Assembly (NCBI GenBank): GCA_002360495.1
Contig: DEQO01000196.1
Location: forward strand, 5,638-69,637
Direction of reading: 5' to 3'
Length of the DNA: 64,000 bases
From: Flavobacteriales bacterium UBA3364
Lineage (GTDB): Bacteria; Bacteroidota; Bacteroidia; Flavobacteriales_F; PHOS-HE28
Each line of letters starts with the position of its first letter. Positions within the stretch are counted from its first letter, which is position 1. Made by a program: the position numbers and the translations under genes. The notes under the pieces were generated by a model. It was not told the DNA's origin. It was given only the letters and a program-made list of their open reading frames with translations, and ran no database searches. Shown here piece after piece: positions 62,552 through 64,000 of this stretch.

Positions 62552-64000
62552 TCATACTTCCGCGACCTCCACCCAATCCCCGTGCTCCTTGATCAGGCCG
62601 ATCAGCTCATCCACGGCCTTCTCGCTGGGAACGTTGCGCTTCACCACTTCCTTCTCCTTGTAGAGCGTGATCACACCGGGACCGGTGCCGACGTAACCGT
62701 AGTCCGCATCGGCCATTTCACCGGGACCGTTCACGATGCAGCCCATGATGCCGATCTTGATCCCTTTCAGGTGGCTGGTGCGTGCGCGGATCCTCGCTGT
62801 GGTCTCCTGTAGATCGAACAAGGTGCGGCCGCAGCTCGGGCAGCTGATATACTCGGTCTTGCTGGTACGGGTACGCGTGGCTTGAAGGATGCCGAAAGCC
62901 GTGCGGCATACCAGGTCTTCCCGGCCTCCGTCCTCATCAGCGATGAAGATCCCATCGCCCAGGCCATCAAGGAAAAGCGGACCGATGTCGGTGCTGCTGT
63001 GGAGCACGAGGTCGTCCTTGTCGATGGATCCGTAAGCCCGACCGATGATGACCGGAGTTTCGCAGCCCGCTTCCATCAACGAGAAGAACAAACGCCGTTG
63101 CTCCGCCATCCCGTGTGTATTGTACGTGTCGATCAACAACACGGCGGTGGGGTCGTTGTTCAGCGCAGCGATGAGCGCGTCGTTCAAATTCGGCAACGTG
63201 CTGTAAACGATGTTCAGTTGCGGATGACGTTCCGCACCAGCGAGGTAGGATGCCTGTTGATGGAACGGATAATGCCTGTCCTTCTGCTTGTCCTGTTGCC
63301 ATACGGCATGTTCCTGGATGATGCCGAGCGTGCCAGGGATCTCGAAATCGATGCTGTTCTTGCCGATGAAAGCGTAGTCGCAAGCCTGGTCGGTGATGTT
63401 CCACTTGTCGAGCGGCACGCTGTACCGATAACCCCACGCGAAGAGTGTCGCCGGCGTGATCTTCTCCTTACCGCTCAAGTCGGCCATCACCACGGGTACA
63501 TGCTTGGCGCCGATGTTGAGGACCTCGGTAGTGTGACGGCGTTCGTGACCAAAAGGATCCAACGGGACATCGGTCACAACAGGGATCTCTGCGTGCGTCG
63601 ATCGGTCAGCATAGCGGGCCACGAGCGCACGGGCCACAGGGATCTCGAATTCGGGATCCTCGGTCAGGCTCACGCGCACCGTATCGCCGATGCCATCCTC
63701 GAGCAAAGCTCCGATACCGGCTGCGCTCTTCACACGACCGTCCTCACCATCGCCCGCTTCCGTGACGCCAAGGTGCAGCGGGTAGTCCCAGCCTTCGCTC
63801 AACATGCGGTGGACGAGCAAGCGGTAGGCCTGCACCATCACCTGCACGTTGCTGGCCTTCATGCTGAGCACGATCTGGTGGTAGTCCTCGTCGCGGCAGA
63901 TGCGCAGGAATTCAAATGCACTCTCCACCATGCCCAGCGGCGTGTCGCCGTACCGGTTCAGGATCCGGTCGCTGAGGCTGCCATGGTTGGTGCCGATGCG
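62552..64000 (-). CDS. ispG: 4-hydroxy-3-methylbut-2-en-1-yl diphosphate synthase (long Bacteroidota form), C-terminal part
   Basis: LHLGVTEAG, ISCPSCGRT, MGCIVNGPGEMADADYGYVG. The frame stays open upstream of the listed internal Met to the window edge. Confidence 0.85.
   Translation of the reverse strand, partial: RIGTNHGSLSDRILNRYGDTPLGMVESAFEFLRICRDEDYHQIVLSMKASNVQVMVQAYRLLVHRMLSEGWDYPLHLGVTEAGDGEDGRVKSAAGIGALLEDGIGDTVRVSLTEDPEFEIPVARALVARYADRSTHAEIPVVTDVPLDPFGHERRHTTEVLNIGAKHVPVVMADLSGKEKITPATLFAWGYRYSVPLDKWNITDQACDYAFIGKNSIDFEIPGTLGIIQEHAVWQQDKQKDRHYPFHQQASYLAGAERHPQLNIVYSTLPNLNDALIAALNNDPTAVLLIDTYNTHGMAEQRRLFFSLMEAGCETPVIIGRAYGSIDKDDLVLHSSTDIGPLFLDGLGDGIFIADEDGGREDLVCRTAFGILQATRTRTSKTEYISCPSCGRTLFDLQETTARIRARTSHLKGIKIGIMGCIVNGPGEMADADYGYVGTGPGVITLYKEKEVVKRNVPSEKAVDELIGLIKEHGDWVEVAEV

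Overview
About 64 kb of a high-GC Bacteroidota-type chromosome. The phylum call rests on T9SS type A and type B C-terminal sorting domains, a PorP/SprF gene, and the DUF3098-ftsX-uppP-truB-queA gene order. The flanks hold core genes: ribA on the left; dnaG, ispB, rlmN, ispD, queA, truB, uppP, ftsX, leuS and ispG on the right. They also hold T9SS cargo and lipoprotein operons.

Between about 5.4 and 33.2 kb the DNA looks more AT-rich by eye (not computed), long antisense shadow ORFs become rarer, and the content turns accessory. This island contains:
1. A 4.5 kb segment bracketed by 31-nt direct repeats, carrying a beta-propeller-repeat T9SS cargo gene.
2. A tightly packed 12.7 kb minus-strand defence operon: MTase-like fragment, Eco57I-type m6A MTase, T5orf172/GIY-YIG-SF2 helicase, DUF4238, GmrSD, then a 1622-aa exonuclease-RecQ-UvrD fusion preceded by an in-frame UvrD relic.
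3. A translationally coupled minus-strand operon with no recognisable enzymatic effector: small wHTH, WYL regulator, single-pass membrane protein, and two paralogous beta-sandwich/coiled-coil/TPR proteins. This is my best candidate for an undescribed system.
4. An XRE regulator followed by a 440-bp array of 20 x 22-bp palindrome-cored repeats that is not a CRISPR.

No rRNA, intact tRNA, CRISPR array, integrase or transposase was seen. All family calls come from motif recognition by eye; no searches were run. The supplied ORF track translates alternative start codons (TTG/GTG) as M, so several starts were re-evaluated by hand.
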